Origin: Trichoplax sp. H2
Taxonomy: Eukaryota
Direction of reading: 5' to 3'
DNA: 22,973 nucleotides
NCBI GenBank assembly: GCA_003344405.1
Contig: NOWV01000102.1
Span: 248,001-270,973 of the forward strand
Both the position numbers and the translations under genes were made by a program. Shown here piece after piece: positions 19,824 to 22,973 of this stretch. Positions within the stretch are counted from its first letter, which is position 1. The number at the start of each line of letters is the position of its first letter. The notes under the pieces are model-generated. The model saw nothing but the letters and a program-made list of their open reading frames with translations. It was not told where the DNA came from and did no database searches.

Positions 19824-22800
19824 CATTATTTTTATCACCTTCTTTCAATTTCCTAAAATTACTGATAGCTCATATTCGCATTATCTTATTACCGCGATCA
19901 CGGAAAATTGGATCATTTTATTCAGACTAAATCATTACATTATTGTTCCTTGTTCCTATAAATGCTAAAAAAGAAGGCAATCGTACGAAATATTTGACCC
20001 TCTTTCATATTTTCAACTCTGTTCCTTTGGTTTTATTAGAAAAAGCCAGTACCTCCAATTTTAATTATAAATTATAACAATAGATCAATTGCAATACCTA
20101 AATTTAGCGACGTTATGATTACAATTATCACAAGCTAATATTTAACAGTCCAGTATGATTGTTGTTTCCGAAATAGTCATGTACATGGAATTCAAACTTT
20201 ATTGTATCAATCAGCAATTTTAACAATAATAATAACAATATCCTGCCAAGATTTCAAATTAATAATTGCTATGTTTCAAAAGAATTAAACTATATCCACA
20301 GAATGCCAATGATAATTTTCTTTGGCATTTCAAATCATTTAAATTATTTAATTCCTAACTATCAATTAACCACGAAGACTGCGATCATTCTAACAGTCTT
20401 AAATATAATTTTCAATTATGTCCTACTCTGCCGTAACTTATTGGTTATATTGACATGATTCCATTCTTAATAATCGCGAAAATATAGTCATGTAATTATA
20501 CCCATGTGTTCGTATTTAGTGCTACCATTCGTACTGTTTAAGAAGCAGTACAATTATAATTACCAGGAGAATTGACCTAATATTATTCGTCTTTCGTTAC
20601 AAATAAAACTTACCATATTAATAGGCCAATATGCACTCTATTCCATATTGTAACTGTTGTCTCCATATACACTTGTAATAATACTCGTAAAATAACAGCT
20701 TGAGCTTTACGCTAAAAGATGATTTTTGGACAAGCAAGGAATAAAATTGTAAATATTGATAATTTTAATTACAACTTACAGAATTTTTATTCATCGATTT
20801 TCTAAATTAGTTAAATAAGTTAAAATATTTAAAAATTGTTTCAATTATTTAATCCAAAAGTATCTTCATGATTAGATGCTATCAGTTATTGTAAGTACTA
20901 GTAACCTTAAATCTAGTCTTATATGCTTGTACCAGGTACTACTTGTCTGACATATTTGCAGTCATTCGACGTAATTTACGAGCATCTTTATTCTGCGACA
21001 GCTAATATTTCGTTTTAATTACTTTATAGTTAAAATACTGCAATTTGATCTCTTTTAATACTTTACTTATATCTTATGGTATTGAATATCTGTGAGTTTA
21101 CACTTACTAGTATACACTGTCACTTTGATCACGTATTATAGCTATTAACTTCAGCCTCATTGCATCACATGTAGAGATAGTAAGACATTGCTCAAACATG
21201 TATTTTATTATACATCGGAGGTTGAGCTTGATATTCTTGTGTAATAATTTTACCGTTAGCGTTATAAGCAATTTCTGTACATATTGTATCTTGACTATAG
21301 TTACAAAATTATAATATGCACAGGAGTATCATGAGCGTACAATAAGAAAGTGTTAGAACTATTTTTTGTGCTGTCTAGGAAATATTACACTATACTAAAT
21401 TTGTGCATTACATATGGTAATTAAATTATTTAATACTGGCTATATTTTTAAATGTCCTAGTGCAACTGTGGCTGCAAATTATAAATATGAGCAGCATCTA
21501 TTAATCATAAAGACTGCCAAACATTGCTGTACGTACTACCTACAGAATTATCCATTACTGATGATACTGTCAATTATAATGCCTTTTTATTCTGCTATCT
21601 ATTAGAAATTATACTATGTTATGCCGCATATTCTCTAATACTAATTTTAAGGCTAGAATTACATTGCAGGTTTGCAGAATTTTAATAGTTTACTGCACGG
21701 ACTATGATCAAGCAGTAGCGTAGCTCAAATAGAGTTATTCCTATCTATAAGTAAACGATCCTAGTTATGCCTCTATTATCTTTATAAATTTTCCAGTTTA
21801 TAAATGTATATTACTTACGCTAGAGCTTAATAGTTAGTCTGCTATTACGATTAAACAGAGCCGGAAAGCAATTAGGCACATAGAAATTTTACCTAACACT
21901 TTTGTATATGAAAAATAAGCACAAATTGCATACCAATTAATAAATTCGTAATACAAACAGAAATTAATATTTTCTAGAGCACACCAAAAATAAATAAAAG
22001 AGAAATATCCTGTATTAAATGCTATAATAAAGTATATACTGAATAGCAGTGCAATCATTACAAACCACTTGAGTGCATGCATTGAGTTACTATTATAAAA
22101 TTAGAGCTTTCTTTACCAAACTCGTTGCTTTTTCAACTTGATGTTATCAATTCTTTGCTCAAATGGAGATACAGCTCACATTACGCTAGAAAACTGCAAT
22201 CTATTTAAATGTGTAGTAATTATCGAAAACAGACATTAATTGTAATACTTTCATGATGTACTGTATAGTCCAGTAAAATAACTTTATTCTTTTGCACTTA
22301 TTATAGTACAACAATATACTATAAAAATAACGATATAAAAAATTCTTAAACAATGCAGTGTAATTGTATATCGTTTTTGAATAAAAAATATTTGGTATTT
22401 TCGAGAATTAGAGCAAGAATAAGAATGCTACGTTACAGACTTTTGAGCCTTCTAATTCACAGATCTTAACGGACGGAATTATGGCAAATTCCCTACCGGC
22501 ACGATGTATGTTTAAACTTCTAATTTTAAATAGTACCCAAGGATTCGACAAGCCATCGTTAAGCCCTAAGTTTAAAATAAACTAGATAAGCTGATTGGAT
22601 GACTTCAACGATTTTAAATGTATATGACCGTAAACTATGGTATTGCTATCAGTCAAATACGGTACGATTAAGCTAAACGCCAGTAGATTTATTGAACAAT
22701 TCTTGTAAATATAGAAATAAATAATATTATGTAATAATTTATAAATTTATCGTAAAGCCAATTTGTTCACTACCCTTTTTGTCAACAATAATATTTACAA

Positions 22801-22973
22801 ATATGAGGGATAAATGCACATTAAATACTTATGACTTTAAACAAACGATATATGACACCTTTGAAGTGAATACTGATAGCTCTGATACTTAAATAGGAAA
22901 ACCATCTAAATTCGAACGAAATTATAGGTCTACACCTTAAATTTAACATTTAAGATTCAAATAAAGAAGGAAT

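Noticed and set aside
21360-22082. ORFs 21414-21605 (+) and 21834-22082 (-), both containing FNTGY, and a weak inverted similarity between ~21360-21387 and ~21965-21992
   Set aside because: The matches are short, AT-rich and not colinear; the hydrophobicity reflects T-rich codons; no TSD or GPCR motifs.
1-22973. CRISPR array, rRNA, tRNA or prokaryotic operon
   Set aside because: No regularly spaced direct repeats or recognisable RNA-gene motifs; the sequence is eukaryotic and mostly non-coding.

Overview
AT-rich (~30% GC) eukaryotic genomic DNA from a diploid draft assembly with three 20-N gaps. It is most consistent with an early-branching animal such as a placozoan (Trichoplax-like); this is inferred from composition and GPCR type, not proven. 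The only convincing proteins are two tandem, same-strand, intronless class A (rhodopsin-like) orphan GPCR paralogues (~10482-11546 and 18705-19766), both with non-canonical activation motifs. The main structure that the ORF track misses is a family of short non-coding TGT...ACA elements resembling solo LTRs. There are three insertions: 3997-4432, 9405-9845 and a divergent ~631 bp one split across gaps at 15626-16692. Each has a perfect 5-bp target-site duplication, a TATA box 14-15 nt ahead of AATAAA, and conserved hairpins at both ends showing compensatory or G-U-compatible changes. For two of the three, the assembly also contains the empty pre-insertion site next to an N gap, so they appear to be heterozygous presence/absence polymorphisms. 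One copy lies in sense orientation just upstream of GPCR 1. The window also has three diverged tandem duplications, a palindrome-rich promoter-like patch, two CRE octamers and a clear excess of TAC(G/A)GTA heptamers.
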